NCBI GenBank assembly: GCA_964196115.1
Contig: CAXMRQ010000035.1
Span: 8,149-72,148, forward strand
Source: an uncultured Gammaproteobacteria bacterium
Lineage (GTDB): Bacteria; Pseudomonadota; Gammaproteobacteria; GCA-001735895
DNA: 64,000 nt
Reading direction: 5' to 3'
Within the stretch, counting starts at the first letter, position 1. Each line of letters opens with the position of its first letter. Of this stretch, positions 20,299-29,999 are shown one piece after another. The notes under the pieces were generated by a model that worked only from the letters and a program-made list of their open reading frames with translations, was not told where the DNA came from and ran no database searches. The position numbers and the translations under genes are program-made.

Positions 20299-22722
20299 AT
20301 GGCCAGCCACCTCGTCATCGTAGAATCGCCTGCTAAAGCGAAAACTATCGAAAAATACCTCGGTAAGGACTTCAAGGTACTTGCCTCTTATGGTCACGTG
20401 CGTGATCTGATACCGAAAGAAGGCGCTGTCGAAACTGACAATAACTTTAAGATGAACTACAGCGTTGTCGAACGCAACGAAAAGCACATTAACAATATCA
20501 AAAAAGAGCTGAAAAAGGCCGACTCGCTATACCTTGCGACTGACCCGGATCGGGAAGGTGAAGCGATTTCCTGGCATCTTTACGAGCTGTTGAAAGAAAA
20601 AAACCTGATGAAAAACAAGCGCGCCTATCGCGTCGCGTTTCATGAGATCACGCGTCAGGCTGTTTCCGATGCTGTCAGTAATCCGCGCGAAATTACGATG
20701 GATTTAGTGAATGCTCAGCAGGCCCGACGAGCGCTTGACTATCTGGTCGGATTTAATCTATCTCCCTTATTATGGCGCAAGATTCGGCGTGGCCTGTCCG
20801 CCGGTCGCGTGCAAAGTCCGGCACTGCGGATGATTGTCGAGCGTGAGTTTGAAATAGAAGCCTTCCAGGCACAGGAATACTGGACTATCGAATCGGATAA
20901 CAAATTTGAAAATCAACAGTTCGCAGCCAGGCTTACCCAGTTGCAGGGTGAAAAAATCAAGCAATTCACTATTACCAACGACCAACAGGCGCAAGATGCC
21001 CATCGTATCCTGAGTACAGCAGCGCAGGGAAAATTGCTAGTACATCAGGTCGAGAAAAAACAACGCAAGCGCAATCCATCACCACCCTTTACGACTTCAA
21101 CACTGCAACAGGAAGCCTCCCGCAAGCTCGGATTTGGTGCACAGAAAACCATGCGAACTGCGCAACGCCTTTACGAAGGCATCGATATTGGCTCGGGACA
21201 GGAGGGGTTAATTAGCTATATGCGTACCGATTCGGTGACCCTGTCGAATGACGCATTAAACGATATTAGATCCCTGATTGCACAGAAATTTGGCGAATCC
21301 AATCTTCCTGAAGAGCCCCGTTTTTATAAAACCAAAGCGAAAAATGCACAGGAAGCGCACGAGGCAATTCGACCGACTAGCGCGATGAACGAACCTGAAC
21401 GGATAAAATCTCATCTCGGTGACGACGAATATCGGTTATACAGCCTGATCTGGAAGCGAACCATTGCCTGCCAGATGATCCATGCGACCCTCGATACCGT
21501 CAGTGTCGACCTTGCCTGTGGTGGCAGCGACAATATATTCCGCGCTACCGGATCAACGATTCGCGATCCCGGTTTCATGCGCGTATACACCGAGGGACTG
21601 GATGATAATAAAACCGATGACACCAAAGAAAATATTCTGCCTCCGCTGAAACAGGGTGACAATGTAGATTTAAAGGAAATCCGGCTAGAGCAGCATTTTA
21701 CCGAACCACCGCCACGTTATAGCGAGGCAACGCTGGTGAAGACTCTGGAAGAATATGGCATCGGACGGCCCTCGACCTACGCCTCTATTATTACGACCCT
21801 GCTTGATCGCGAGTACGTGGAGCTGGAAAGTAAACGTTTCCACCCGACCGATGTGGGACGCGTAGTCGCGCGTTTCCTGATTGAGCATTTCACTCAGTAT
21901 GTGGATTACGATTTCACCGCACAACTCGAAGATACCCTGGACGAAGTTTCTCGCGGCGAGAAGGACTGGCTACCGTTGATGCAGGAGTTCTGGAGTACAT
22001 TCAAGAGCCTGGTTGACGATAAAATGGAAACCGTCAGTCGTGATGAGGCGATTCAATCGCGCCAGCTCGGAGTCGATGAAAAGTCTGGAAAACCAATCTC
22101 GGTGCGCATGGGACGTTACGGTCCATTTGTACAAATAGGAACCCGGGAAGACGAAGATAAGCCAAAATTTGCTGGCCTCAGGCCTGGGCAAAAAATGGAC
22201 AAAATTACGCTTGAAGAAGCGCTGGAGCTATTCAAATTACCCAGGGAATTAGGCGTGTCACCGGAAGGTGAGGCGATCTCCACCAACATAGGACGTTTCG
22301 GTCCCTATGTGAAATACGACAGCAAGTATGTTTCGCTGAATGTTAAGGAAGGAGACGATCCTTTCACCTTAACCCTGGAACGTGCCCTGGAGCTGGTACG
22401 CGACAAGAAAGAATTTGATGCCAATCGCGAAATTAAGGTATTCGCAGATACTGATATTAAAATTCTACGCGGTAGATACGGTCCTTATATAACCGATGGT
22501 GTGAAGAATGCTCGCATACCCAAAGATGTAGAAGATCCGGAAACCCTGACACTTGAAGTCTGCCAGGAATTAATTGAAAAAGCACCGCTTCCCAAGTCAC
22601 GCCGCAAAAAAGCAGCCAAAAAGAAGACAGTCGCAAAGAAAAAGACAGTGAAAAAATCGACTAAAAAGAATGCTGCCAAAAAGATAACTACGGCCAATAA
22701 AGTAGCTAAAGAATCATCCTGA
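20299..22722 (+). CDS. topA: DNA topoisomerase I
   Basis: 807 aa. Toprim domain (LVIVESPAKAKTIEKYLG), DPDREGEAI, and the active-site region SYMRTDS. The C-terminus carries three GR(Y/F)GP(F/Y) repeats and a lysine-rich tail, with no CxxC zinc-ribbon motif. Confidence 0.95.
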   Translation: MASHLVIVESPAKAKTIEKYLGKDFKVLASYGHVRDLIPKEGAVETDNNFKMNYSVVERNEKHINNIKKELKKADSLYLATDPDREGEAISWHLYELLKEKNLMKNKRAYRVAFHEITRQAVSDAVSNPREITMDLVNAQQARRALDYLVGFNLSPLLWRKIRRGLSAGRVQSPALRMIVEREFEIEAFQAQEYWTIESDNKFENQQFAARLTQLQGEKIKQFTITNDQQAQDAHRILSTAAQGKLLVHQVEKKQRKRNPSPPFTTSTLQQEASRKLGFGAQKTMRTAQRLYEGIDIGSGQEGLISYMRTDSVTLSNDALNDIRSLIAQKFGESNLPEEPRFYKTKAKNAQEAHEAIRPTSAMNEPERIKSHLGDDEYRLYSLIWKRTIACQMIHATLDTVSVDLACGGSDNIFRATGSTIRDPGFMRVYTEGLDDNKTDDTKENILPPLKQGDNVDLKEIRLEQHFTEPPPRYSEATLVKTLEEYGIGRPSTYASIITTLLDREYVELESKRFHPTDVGRVVARFLIEHFTQYVDYDFTAQLEDTLDEVSRGEKDWLPLMQEFWSTFKSLVDDKMETVSRDEAIQSRQLGVDEKSGKPISVRMGRYGPFVQIGTREDEDKPKFAGLRPGQKMDKITLEEALELFKLPRELGVSPEGEAISTNIGRFGPYVKYDSKYVSLNVKEGDDPFTLTLERALELVRDKKEFDANREIKVFADTDIKILRGRYGPYITDGVKNARIPKDVEDPETLTLEVCQELIEKAPLPKSRRKKAAKKKTVAKKKTVKKSTKKNAAKKITTANKVAKESS

Positions 22723-22737
22723 TTCGAAATTCGCAGC

Positions 22738-23304
22738 ATGTCTCCCTGGTCAATCAAACGACTGAGTAAAGCAGTTGAGAACGGGGCAGTCATTGCCTAT
22801 CCCACAGACACCATCTGGGGTTTCGGTTGCCACCCCATGCTAGTTCCCAGCATAATTAAAATCCTCGACATTAAACGCAGGCCGGTAGGCAAAGGGTTAA
22901 TTTTGTTGTCCTCTCGGTTGGAGTATTGCGATCCCTATATCGACCCGAGCTTACCAAAAGAGCAGATCGACTTAATCAAACGGGAAGGCCAGCATCCAGT
23001 TACCTGGCTGGTACCAGCCGCCACAAACTGCCCGGTTTGGCTAAGAGGTGAGTTCCCGACCGTGGCAGTACGTGTTTCTAACCATCCTTTTATTAAAGCG
23101 ATATGCGATGAAATGCATTCACCGATTGTATCGACTAGTGCAAACCGTACTGGTGGCTCGACTATTCACAACGCGCTACAGGCGCAGCGTCAGTTCGGCG
23201 AGGAGCTAGACTATATAGTCACCGGCTACGACACGGGCACAAATCGAGCGAGTGAGATAAAATCACTTATTACCGGCAATATCATTAGAGCCAACAATGA
23301 GTAA
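22738..23304 (+). CDS. tsaC: L-threonylcarbamoyladenylate synthase type 1 (YrdC/TsaC family)
   Basis: 188 aa. [13 protein letters not shown] and STSANRTG motifs of the YrdC/Sua5 fold. Confidence 0.8.
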   Translation: MSPWSIKRLSKAVENGAVIAYPTDTIWGFGCHPMLVPSIIKILDIKRRPVGKGLILLSSRLEYCDPYIDPSLPKEQIDLIKREGQHPVTWLVPAATNCPVWLRGEFPTVAVRVSNHPFIKAICDEMHSPIVSTSANRTGGSTIHNALQAQRQFGEELDYIVTGYDTGTNRASEIKSLITGNIIRANNE

Positions 23305-24217
23305 TCAAATCGATCAGGTCAGATCCTATCTCCAGAATCTACAGAACAAGATTACCGATGACCTCCAGACTGCTGATGGGACAGCTAAATTTATCAGCGA
23401 CGAATGGTCGCGTGAAACCGGTGGCGGTGGTGGTCGTACCATGGTATTGAATAGTGGCCAGGTTTTCGAACAGGCCGGGGTTAATTTTTCTGAGGTGAGC
23501 GGAGATAGCCTGCCAGCATCGGCAACTGCTCATCGACCCGAACTGGCGGGGCGCAATTTTCAGGCTATGGGTGTTTCACTGGTGGTGCATCCATACAACC
23601 CCTACGTGCCGACGTCACACGCCAATGTACGATTTTTTATTGCTGAAAAACCCGGTGAAGATTCGATCTGGTGGTTCGGTGGAGGATTCGATTTAACCCC
23701 CTACTATGCCTACCAGGAAGACTGCGAGCACTGGCATCAAATTGCCAGACAAGCCTGCGAAAAATTTGGCGATGACGTCTACTCGAAATACAAACAGTGG
23801 TGCGATGACTATTTTTATCTGAAACACCGTCAGGAAGCGCGGGGTATCGGTGGCCTGTTTTTCGATGATCTTAACCAGCCCGACTTCGATACCACATTCG
23901 AATTCATGCGCAGTGTCGGCGACCACTACCTGCCTGCCTATTTGCCGATTGTTGAGAAGCGCAGGAATACCGAATTTGCCGAAAAAGAAAAAAAATTCCA
24001 GTTGTATAGACGCGGTCGCTATGTCGAATTCAATCTGGTTTATGATCGCGGGACGCTTTTCGGTCTGCAATCGGGTGGGCGCACCGAATCGATTCTGATG
24101 TCCCTGCCACCCGTAGTGAACTGGCAATATAATTTCCAGCCCGAGACAGGCAGTGCTGAAGCCGAGCTGACCGATTATTACCTGCAACCAAGAAACTGGC
24201 TGGGAGATTCAGCATGA
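23297..24217 (+). CDS. hemF: Oxygen-dependent coproporphyrinogen-III oxidase
   Basis: 306 aa. [59 protein letters not shown]. Confidence 0.95.
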   Translation: MSNQIDQVRSYLQNLQNKITDDLQTADGTAKFISDEWSRETGGGGGRTMVLNSGQVFEQAGVNFSEVSGDSLPASATAHRPELAGRNFQAMGVSLVVHPYNPYVPTSHANVRFFIAEKPGEDSIWWFGGGFDLTPYYAYQEDCEHWHQIARQACEKFGDDVYSKYKQWCDDYFYLKHRQEARGIGGLFFDDLNQPDFDTTFEFMRSVGDHYLPAYLPIVEKRRNTEFAEKEKKFQLYRRGRYVEFNLVYDRGTLFGLQSGGRTESILMSLPPVVNWQYNFQPETGSAEAELTDYYLQPRNWLGDSA

Positions 24218-24639
24218 ATGATCCCAATTTCCCCAGTATCGAGATCAGCGCCGATATTAAAGCCAGTAACAAATGCGACCTTTGTACCAATTCGACCTGT
24301 TGCACCTATGTCACCCAACAGCTAGACACGCCACGTTCGAAGTACGATTTTGAAATCCTGCTGTGGCAAGTCTCACACCGTGGGGTGGGAGTCTACAAAG
24401 ATGATGATGGCTGGTTTGTGATGTTTGATGCGCCCTGTAGCCACCTCGAAATGGATGGACGCTGCGGCATTTACGAAGACCGCCCAACCATATGCCGCAC
24501 CCACGAAAATGATTTCTGCGAATACGACGCCCCGGCTGAAGACGGCTTCGAACTTTATTTTCCCGACTATCCTACGCTACTGGCTTATTGCAAAAAACGA
24601 TTCAAAAAATGGTCTAGCGGAAATCCTGCCCCCGCCTGA
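24214..24639 (+). CDS. YkgJ-family cysteine-cluster protein (putative Fe-S/zinc protein)
   Basis: 141 aa. [10 protein letters not shown] near the N-terminus, then [19 protein letters not shown], the UPF0153/YkgJ pattern. Confidence 0.5.
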   Translation: MNDPNFPSIEISADIKASNKCDLCTNSTCCTYVTQQLDTPRSKYDFEILLWQVSHRGVGVYKDDDGWFVMFDAPCSHLEMDGRCGIYEDRPTICRTHENDFCEYDAPAEDGFELYFPDYPTLLAYCKKRFKKWSSGNPAPA

Positions 24640-24723
24640 TCTTATTCACGACTGGGGTAATGTTTGTTTTTTAAGGTTTTTTAGCGGATTATAAATATAC
24701 CAACACAATTCTGGGAGGTAATT

Positions 24724-25029
24724 ATGTCCAAAGTCATCGTTAGGTATAAAGTAAAAAGCGACAGGGCCGAGGAAAATATTGGCTATATAAATCGCGTTTT
24801 TGAAGCGCTGAAACAGGCGAGTCCCGCGGGATTGCGCTATGCATCCTTTGTGCTTGAGGATGGCCTCAGTTTTGTTCATATCGCATCGATAGAAACCGAT
24901 GACGGTAGTAATCCACTGACCGAGTTAGCCGAATTTCAGGCATTTGTTGCTGACATAACATCGCGTTGCGATGAACCACCGCAACCGACTCCGGTTGACC
25001 TGCTTGGCTCTTATAGAGTATTTGACTAA
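24724..25029 (+). CDS. Small hypothetical protein, possibly ABM/Dabb-fold (antibiotic-biosynthesis-monooxygenase-like)
   Basis: 101 aa with a good GGGAGG SD 7 nt upstream. The beta-alpha-beta pattern (VIVRYKVK....F..AL......GL.Y..FVLEDG.SFVHI) resembles a ferredoxin-like dimeric fold. Weak call. Confidence 0.3.
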   Translation: MSKVIVRYKVKSDRAEENIGYINRVFEALKQASPAGLRYASFVLEDGLSFVHIASIETDDGSNPLTELAEFQAFVADITSRCDEPPQPTPVDLLGSYRVFD

Positions 25030-25861
25030 AAGGCTTGTAACGATTAAGGCAAAAGCTATAACCGTCGAGAGTTATCTTGATCGTATTGCCTATACGGGCG
25101 GTCTCACCCCTAACCTGCTCAATCTAAATCAGCTGCATCTGGCGCATTTACAAAAAGTGCCATTTGAAAACCTCGATATCTCGCTGGGTCGTCGAATTAA
25201 TCTCAAACTACCGGCAATTCTGGACAAAATCGTCAATCAAAGACGTGGTGGTTTTTGCTATGAACTAAACAGTAGCTTTGCCTGGTTGTTGAGTGAAATA
25301 GGCTTTAACGTGAATTTGCTCTCGGCCCGCACTTACGATGGCATAAAACTTGGTCCTGAGTTCGATCACATGCTTATACTGGTCACCACCGAGCAAGCGG
25401 TCATCGCTGATGTGGGCTTCGGCGATTCCTTTCTATTGCCAATAGTGACCGGTAGCCCCGAATGTTTTCAATTTGATCGACATTATCGACTAACCAATAA
25501 TAAAGATAGATGGGTATTACAACAAAAATTTGAGGCGGGCGACTGGAAATCACAGTACATTTTTAGCATCAGGTCGCATCCGTTGAATCACTTCGATGCC
25601 ATGTGCCATCATCATCAAACCAGCCAGACGTCTATTTTTACCCGTAAAACAGTGTGTTCACGCGCGACCGAACAAGGACGCATTACCTATGCTAACGGCC
25701 GTTATATCGAAAATAATGGAGTTGAAAAACTGGAAAAATCAATAGAAAGTGAAGCTGAACTTAATAAAATATTGACCAATAAGTTAGGTATCCAATTGGC
25801 CGATAAAGATCTAAGTCGACTTATATCGCGCCATCGCAATCACCGCTCAGGCACCCTGTGA
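24971..25861 (+). CDS. Arylamine N-acetyltransferase (NAT family); start uncertain
   Basis: YLDRIAYTG......L..LH.AHL..VPFENLDI and the catalytic-Cys motif RRGGFCYELN. The track start overlaps the upstream ORF by 59 nt. An in-frame TTG at 25022 is an alternative start. Confidence 0.8.
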   Translation: MNHRNRLRLTCLALIEYLTKRLVTIKAKAITVESYLDRIAYTGGLTPNLLNLNQLHLAHLQKVPFENLDISLGRRINLKLPAILDKIVNQRRGGFCYELNSSFAWLLSEIGFNVNLLSARTYDGIKLGPEFDHMLILVTTEQAVIADVGFGDSFLLPIVTGSPECFQFDRHYRLTNNKDRWVLQQKFEAGDWKSQYIFSIRSHPLNHFDAMCHHHQTSQTSIFTRKTVCSRATEQGRITYANGRYIENNGVEKLEKSIESEAELNKILTNKLGIQLADKDLSRLISRHRNHRSGTL

Positions 25862-26637
25862 CCGCAAATACTAAAATCATAATACTGGGGCTTATTTCTG
25901 GACTTATTATGGTCGCAGTTACTTTCATCGACCCTGTCGCACAAGACTTGCAATATCACCAGTTCGCCGATCAGTCGACTTATTTCAAGATTCCAAATAC
26001 ATTAAATGTTGTCTCTAACCTGTTTTTTGCTTTTGTTGGACTTAGCGGCTTATTTTGTCTCTGTATTCGGCGATCACTGGTTGTCATCGATGCCATCTTT
26101 CCAGTTTATGCCACGTTTTTCGCCGCGTTAGTGCTTATCGCCCCTGGCTCGGCTTATTACCACTGGATGCCGGATAACCAAAGCCTGGTCTGGGATCGTT
26201 TGCCAATTACACTCGCCTTTATGTCTTTTTTTAGCATTATCCTGGCTGAACGAATGTCACTAAGGTTTGCAAAAATAATGTTCCTGCCATTATTAATTAC
26301 CGGAGTCCTGTCAATTGCCTACTGGCATTACAGTGAGCTGGCAGGCGTAGGCGATTTACGCCTCTACGGCATTGTGCAATTTTTGCCGATGTTATTAATA
26401 CCCATTATTTTGCTAATGTTTGATGCAAAATTCACTCACGACCGTGCACTCTGGTGGTTCCTCGGCTGCTATCTGATCGCCAAAGGATTCGAAGCCGTCG
26501 ACGACCAGATATTTGAATTTTTAACTCTAATCAGCGGCCACAGCCTGAAACACCTGGTCGCCAGTATCGGCTGCCTGATTTATCTCAGATATCTGCAATT
26601 TCGGTCGCCGACTGAATTGGCTATCGCTAAACCATGA
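25858..26637 (+). CDS. Seven-TM membrane protein, alkaline-ceramidase/PAQR-like
   Basis: 259 aa with about 7 predicted helices. N.VSN, YYHW, WDRLP and SGHSLKHL motifs resemble the ceramidase (PF05875-type) family. Assignment is by eye only. Confidence 0.4.
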   Translation: MTANTKIIILGLISGLIMVAVTFIDPVAQDLQYHQFADQSTYFKIPNTLNVVSNLFFAFVGLSGLFCLCIRRSLVVIDAIFPVYATFFAALVLIAPGSAYYHWMPDNQSLVWDRLPITLAFMSFFSIILAERMSLRFAKIMFLPLLITGVLSIAYWHYSELAGVGDLRLYGIVQFLPMLLIPIILLMFDAKFTHDRALWWFLGCYLIAKGFEAVDDQIFEFLTLISGHSLKHLVASIGCLIYLRYLQFRSPTELAIAKP

Positions 26638-26652
26638 AATCGACGGTTCGTA

Positions 26653-27360
26653 TTAGTCATCATACTGGTCGTGACGACGAAGCCAGGCCATAGTGAAATC
26701 CAGATCATCTTCATCGCGCCCTTTTGGTAGTAAATCCATGTAGTGGTAGGCACCGTTTAGCATATCCAGTCCGCGCGCATAACAGGAATAGCTGTGAAAC
26801 ACTTCACCCTGGGAGTCCTGATAAAACACACTAATCCCCGGCGATTCATTGGCTGGAAAACTGCCGGTGTTAAAGTTGTAGAACATCTCACCTTTTTCCA
26901 TTTCCTCAACACTGAATGACGCCTGATAGTCGTAATTAAAGTTATTGCCGAATGAGGAAACCCACTTGAAATCCCAACCCATTTTGTTTTTATAGGATTG
27001 CAGCTGATCAAAACCAGCTCTGGAAACAACCACCAGATTCGCGTCGCGATGTTTTAGGTGAATATCAATGCCATTGAAATTATCGGCCCAGAAACTACAA
27101 CTCGGACAACCCTCTTCCCAGTCAGGTCCGTACATGAAATGATAAATAATCAATTGCGACCGACCTTCAAACAGGTCTGACAATGATTGTTTGCCATCCG
27201 CTGTATCGAAAATATAATCATTTTCCACTCGCACCCAGGGTAATTCGCGTCGGCGTTGGCTCAATTGATCACGTATCCGAGTAAAATCTTTTTCTTCCTG
27301 TAATAATTTTCGGCGTGCATCAAGCCACTTCTGTCTGGAAACTATAGTGTGATTTTGCAT
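26653..27360 (-). CDS. DUF899 thioredoxin-like protein
   Basis: 235 aa. W..AR..LL..EK..TR.RD.L...RR.LPWV.V...Y.F....G...L.DLF.GRSQLI.YHFM and the C..CS..AD motif are typical DUF899. Confidence 0.75.
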   Translation of the reverse strand: MQNHTIVSRQKWLDARRKLLQEEKDFTRIRDQLSQRRRELPWVRVENDYIFDTADGKQSLSDLFEGRSQLIIYHFMYGPDWEEGCPSCSFWADNFNGIDIHLKHRDANLVVVSRAGFDQLQSYKNKMGWDFKWVSSFGNNFNYDYQASFSVEEMEKGEMFYNFNTGSFPANESPGISVFYQDSQGEVFHSYSCYARGLDMLNGAYHYMDLLPKGRDEDDLDFTMAWLRRHDQYDD

Positions 27361-27377
27361 ATCAAACCTCCTTCCTG

Positions 27378-27800
27378 TTAAAAAGCATCATTTAAGGCAG
27401 TGAGAATATTTCCCCATCCAGCTTCATGATTACTACGTGTTTCTTCGTCAATAAATCTTACATGGGTCAAATCGATTCTGGTGCCGCCCGAATCTATTTC
27501 AGCAAACTCTAGCGTCACGTTACTTCCATCGGTTGAAAACGGCGACTCCCAGGAAAACACCAGTCGGTTGGGGCGATCGAACTCCAGATAAGTCCCACTA
27601 TGCGGGATGACTTGATCCCCTACATCCATATAAATGGTGAATCGCCCACCTTCAACTCCGTCGGCTTCAGTTTTTGGCTGTGGCATACCCGGCATCGGAA
27701 TCATAAAACGTGACAGCATTTCTGGATTAAGCCAGGCATCAAATACTTTTTCGATCGGCGCATTAATCACCTTAGTCTGGTTACAAATTAATTCAGTCAT
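27378..27800 (-). CDS. SRPBCC-superfamily protein (AHSA1/START-like)
   Basis: 140 aa. I.API..VF.AW..PE.L..W/F...., then a C-terminal H..GW...L..L. It sits in the common ArsR-AHSA1-DUF899 arrangement. Confidence 0.7.
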   Translation of the reverse strand: MTELICNQTKVINAPIEKVFDAWLNPEMLSRFMIPMPGMPQPKTEADGVEGGRFTIYMDVGDQVIPHSGTYLEFDRPNRLVFSWESPFSTDGSNVTLEFAEIDSGGTRIDLTHVRFIDEETRSNHEAGWGNILTALNDAF

Positions 27801-28137
27801 TCTTACTTCCTCCTTCGTTCATTAGTTCATCGAGGCTATCCAGACGGAGCGCCCAGATAGATTTTAGCGACTTAAACCATTCTTCAATTTCAGCGGTTTG
27901 AGTCATATCAGCGGCTATCCAGTGGGTTCGACCGATAGTTTCGCGCCGTACCAAACCAGCTTTTTCGAGCACCTTGATGTGCTTGGAAACCGCATTCAAC
28001 GACATATCGTAAGCTCGCGCCAGATCAGTTACCCGGGTCTTACCCTGCTGACAAAGTAGTGTTAACAACGACCGCCGCGTGGCGTCGCTGACTGCCTTGA
28101 ACAGGATGGATAGTCTATTATCTATATATTCAACCAT
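27793..28137 (-). CDS. ArsR/SmtB-family transcriptional regulator
   Basis: FKAVSDATRRSLLTLL....K.RVTDLA..YDMSLNAVSKHIKVLEKAGLV is the ArsR wHTH. I prefer the ATG at 28137 (114 aa) to the TTG at 28173 used in the track. Confidence 0.8.
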   Translation of the reverse strand: MVEYIDNRLSILFKAVSDATRRSLLTLLCQQGKTRVTDLARAYDMSLNAVSKHIKVLEKAGLVRRETIGRTHWIAADMTQTAEIEEWFKSLKSIWALRLDSLDELMNEGGSKND

Positions 28138-28154
28138 TTGGATGAATATATAGA
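28121..28154. promoter_or_regulatory. 12-10-12 perfect inverted repeat, candidate ArsR-family operator
   Basis: TCTATATATTCA-ACCATTTGGA-TGAATATATAGA straddles the preferred arsR-like start codon. A related half-site TTGGTTGAATATAT recurs at ~28179-28192. Confidence 0.45.
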
Positions 28155-28295
28155 TTAATTTACAATTAGTCAACTCTTTGGTTGAATATATTTGATTAAC
28201 ACATTGGCGCAGTTCACCTGGCGAGCGTTAGCGTGCTAAGCTTGAGCTTCTTTATCAGGCTATTTATCAATAATCGCGACCACGTAATCGTGCCG

Positions 28296-29000
28296 ATGAA
28301 TATCAAACCAAAACTGGTCAGCTTCAAGCTCTGTCCTTTTGTACAAAAAGCAGTCATCGTGCTGAAGCAGAAACAGGTCAATTACGATATCGAATATATT
28401 GATCTGGCAGACCCTCCAGACTGGTTTCTGAAAATTTCACCATTTGGCAAGGTTCCGGTGCTGAAAATGGACGGCGACGTCATCTTCGAATCGTCAGTCA
28501 TCATTGAGTTCCTGGAAGAAGCCTTCCCCAACAAATTACACCCTGCTGATTTAATCCTTAAAGCAAAGAACCGTAGCTGGATTGAATTCTCAGGCCCCTG
28601 CCTGGTTGCCTCCTTTAACCTCAGCATTGCCGGCAGCCAGCAGGAATTCGAAGACACACTGGACGATTTGAATAAGCGATTCGATCAACTCGAAGCCATT
28701 CTGCAAGCCCAACCCTACTTCAATGGCGACAGATTCTCCATGGTCGATGCCTCTTTTGCGCCACTGTTCCTTCGCTTACACTGTATGAACGAACTTCGTT
28801 CAGGTATGTTTCAGCCTGACAGGCACCCCGATATTACTCGCTGGAAAGATCAATTATTGCAGGAAGACTCGGTAGTACGCTCTACAGTGGGTAATTTTAC
28901 CGAGCTATATCGTGAATTACTGTGGACCCGCCACGGTTATATTTCGACTTTTCTGGATGCCACACAATACAAACCGGTAGAAGGTAAAAGTTTTTACTGA
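28296..29000 (+). CDS. Glutathione S-transferase family protein
   Basis: From MNIKPKLVSFKLCPFVQKAVIVL: thioredoxin-like N-domain (KLCPF, VPVL...G..IFES..I.EFLEE) plus a helical C-domain. The track start at 28233 adds an unlikely 21-aa extension. Confidence 0.75.
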   Translation: MNIKPKLVSFKLCPFVQKAVIVLKQKQVNYDIEYIDLADPPDWFLKISPFGKVPVLKMDGDVIFESSVIIEFLEEAFPNKLHPADLILKAKNRSWIEFSGPCLVASFNLSIAGSQQEFEDTLDDLNKRFDQLEAILQAQPYFNGDRFSMVDASFAPLFLRLHCMNELRSGMFQPDRHPDITRWKDQLLQEDSVVRSTVGNFTELYRELLWTRHGYISTFLDATQYKPVEGKSFY

Positions 29001-29885
29001 TTAACGCGCGGCCAGTTCGATAATCCAGCTCGCCACTATCGCACTCGCGCGTCGGCCTGTAGAGGGTGGCGCCTGCCTCAGGTAGTAATCAGCAAAGAGA
29101 TGGAATGGCTTGGTAAAAACCTCAACCAGTTCTCCAGACTGTAAATGGCGATCGATGAATGGACGCCTTCCCAGCATAATACCATCGCCACGCTGTGCGG
29201 CCTCAATCGCGATCAGCGAGCCATCAACCGACAGTCCACGCGGCACCTCAACCTCATTCAGTCGATGTTTGCGAAACCACCGGTGCCAGTCATCGTCATA
29301 ACCAAGCACATGAATCAGATCATGTTCAAGTACATCGGCCGGCACTTTTGGTCGCTGCCGGTGAGAAAACAGTTTTGCTGAGCATACCGGGGTTATCGTT
29401 GCGGTTAAAAGTTTACTCACACTGGAATCATTGGTTCCTCCCCCCTGTATGAATATTTCCAGATCGGCCCTGGGTGAATTGTGATATTCGAAATTCTGGT
29501 CAAGGGTCATAATACGCAGGTCGATGTTGGTATGGAGTTCTTGCAGAGACTTGAGTTGTGGCACTAACCAGAGCGTCGCTACACCCGACGTACAGCGCAG
29601 GGTCACGGTCTGGTTCTGTCTATCCGGAAATAACTGATCGGTAACCGAATCGAGACGATCCAGCGCCTCATGTACCGCTTCGAGGTAAGCCTGTCCCGTA
29701 CTGGTCAGCGATAAGCGACGGTGATGCCTGACAAACAAAGTTGTGTCCAGATAGGCTTCCAACTGGCGCATCTGCTGGCTGACCGCTGCCTGTGAGATTT
29801 TGAGATCGTCGGCAGCCACCGAAAAACTCAAACGGCGACCAGCCGCTTCGAAGGTTCGTAGAATATTGAGTCGTGGACGTCTCAA
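29001..29885 (-). CDS. LysR-family transcriptional regulator (GcvA-like)
   Basis: 294 aa. N-terminal HTH LRTFEAAGRRLSFSVAADDLKISQAAVSQQMRQLE. Divergent from the mttB-family gene. Confidence 0.85.
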   Translation of the reverse strand: MRRPRLNILRTFEAAGRRLSFSVAADDLKISQAAVSQQMRQLEAYLDTTLFVRHHRRLSLTSTGQAYLEAVHEALDRLDSVTDQLFPDRQNQTVTLRCTSGVATLWLVPQLKSLQELHTNIDLRIMTLDQNFEYHNSPRADLEIFIQGGGTNDSSVSKLLTATITPVCSAKLFSHRQRPKVPADVLEHDLIHVLGYDDDWHRWFRKHRLNEVEVPRGLSVDGSLIAIEAAQRGDGIMLGRRPFIDRHLQSGELVEVFTKPFHLFADYYLRQAPPSTGRRASAIVASWIIELAAR

Positions 29886-29898
29886 GAGCTCATTTTCG

Positions 29899-29915
29899 TA
29901 TAAGATTTACTTATA
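29899..29915. promoter_or_regulatory. Candidate LysR-type T-N11-A box
   Basis: TATAAGATTTACTTATA (ATAAG-N5-CTTAT dyad) lies in the 114-bp divergent intergenic region between the LysR gene and the mttB-family gene. Confidence 0.4.
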
Positions 29916-29999
29916 AATATTGACAGTAATTATTGTTTGACGCAAGTCTCGATGCTACTTAGAGTCGGTGCATAAATTACAGCTCTGGATGCAGACGCA

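Noticed and set aside
22485-22793. 102-aa minus-strand ORF at the topA/tsaC junction
   Set aside because: It is antisense to the lysine-rich TopA tail (poly-F/L from AAA/AAG codons), a compositional artefact.
24971-25029. A 59-nt overlap between the ABM-like ORF and the NAT gene as evidence of programmed frameshifting
   Set aside because: A mis-called NAT start explains it more simply. NAT homology begins near ESYLDRI, and an in-frame TTG at 25022 is available. There is no slippery heptamer.
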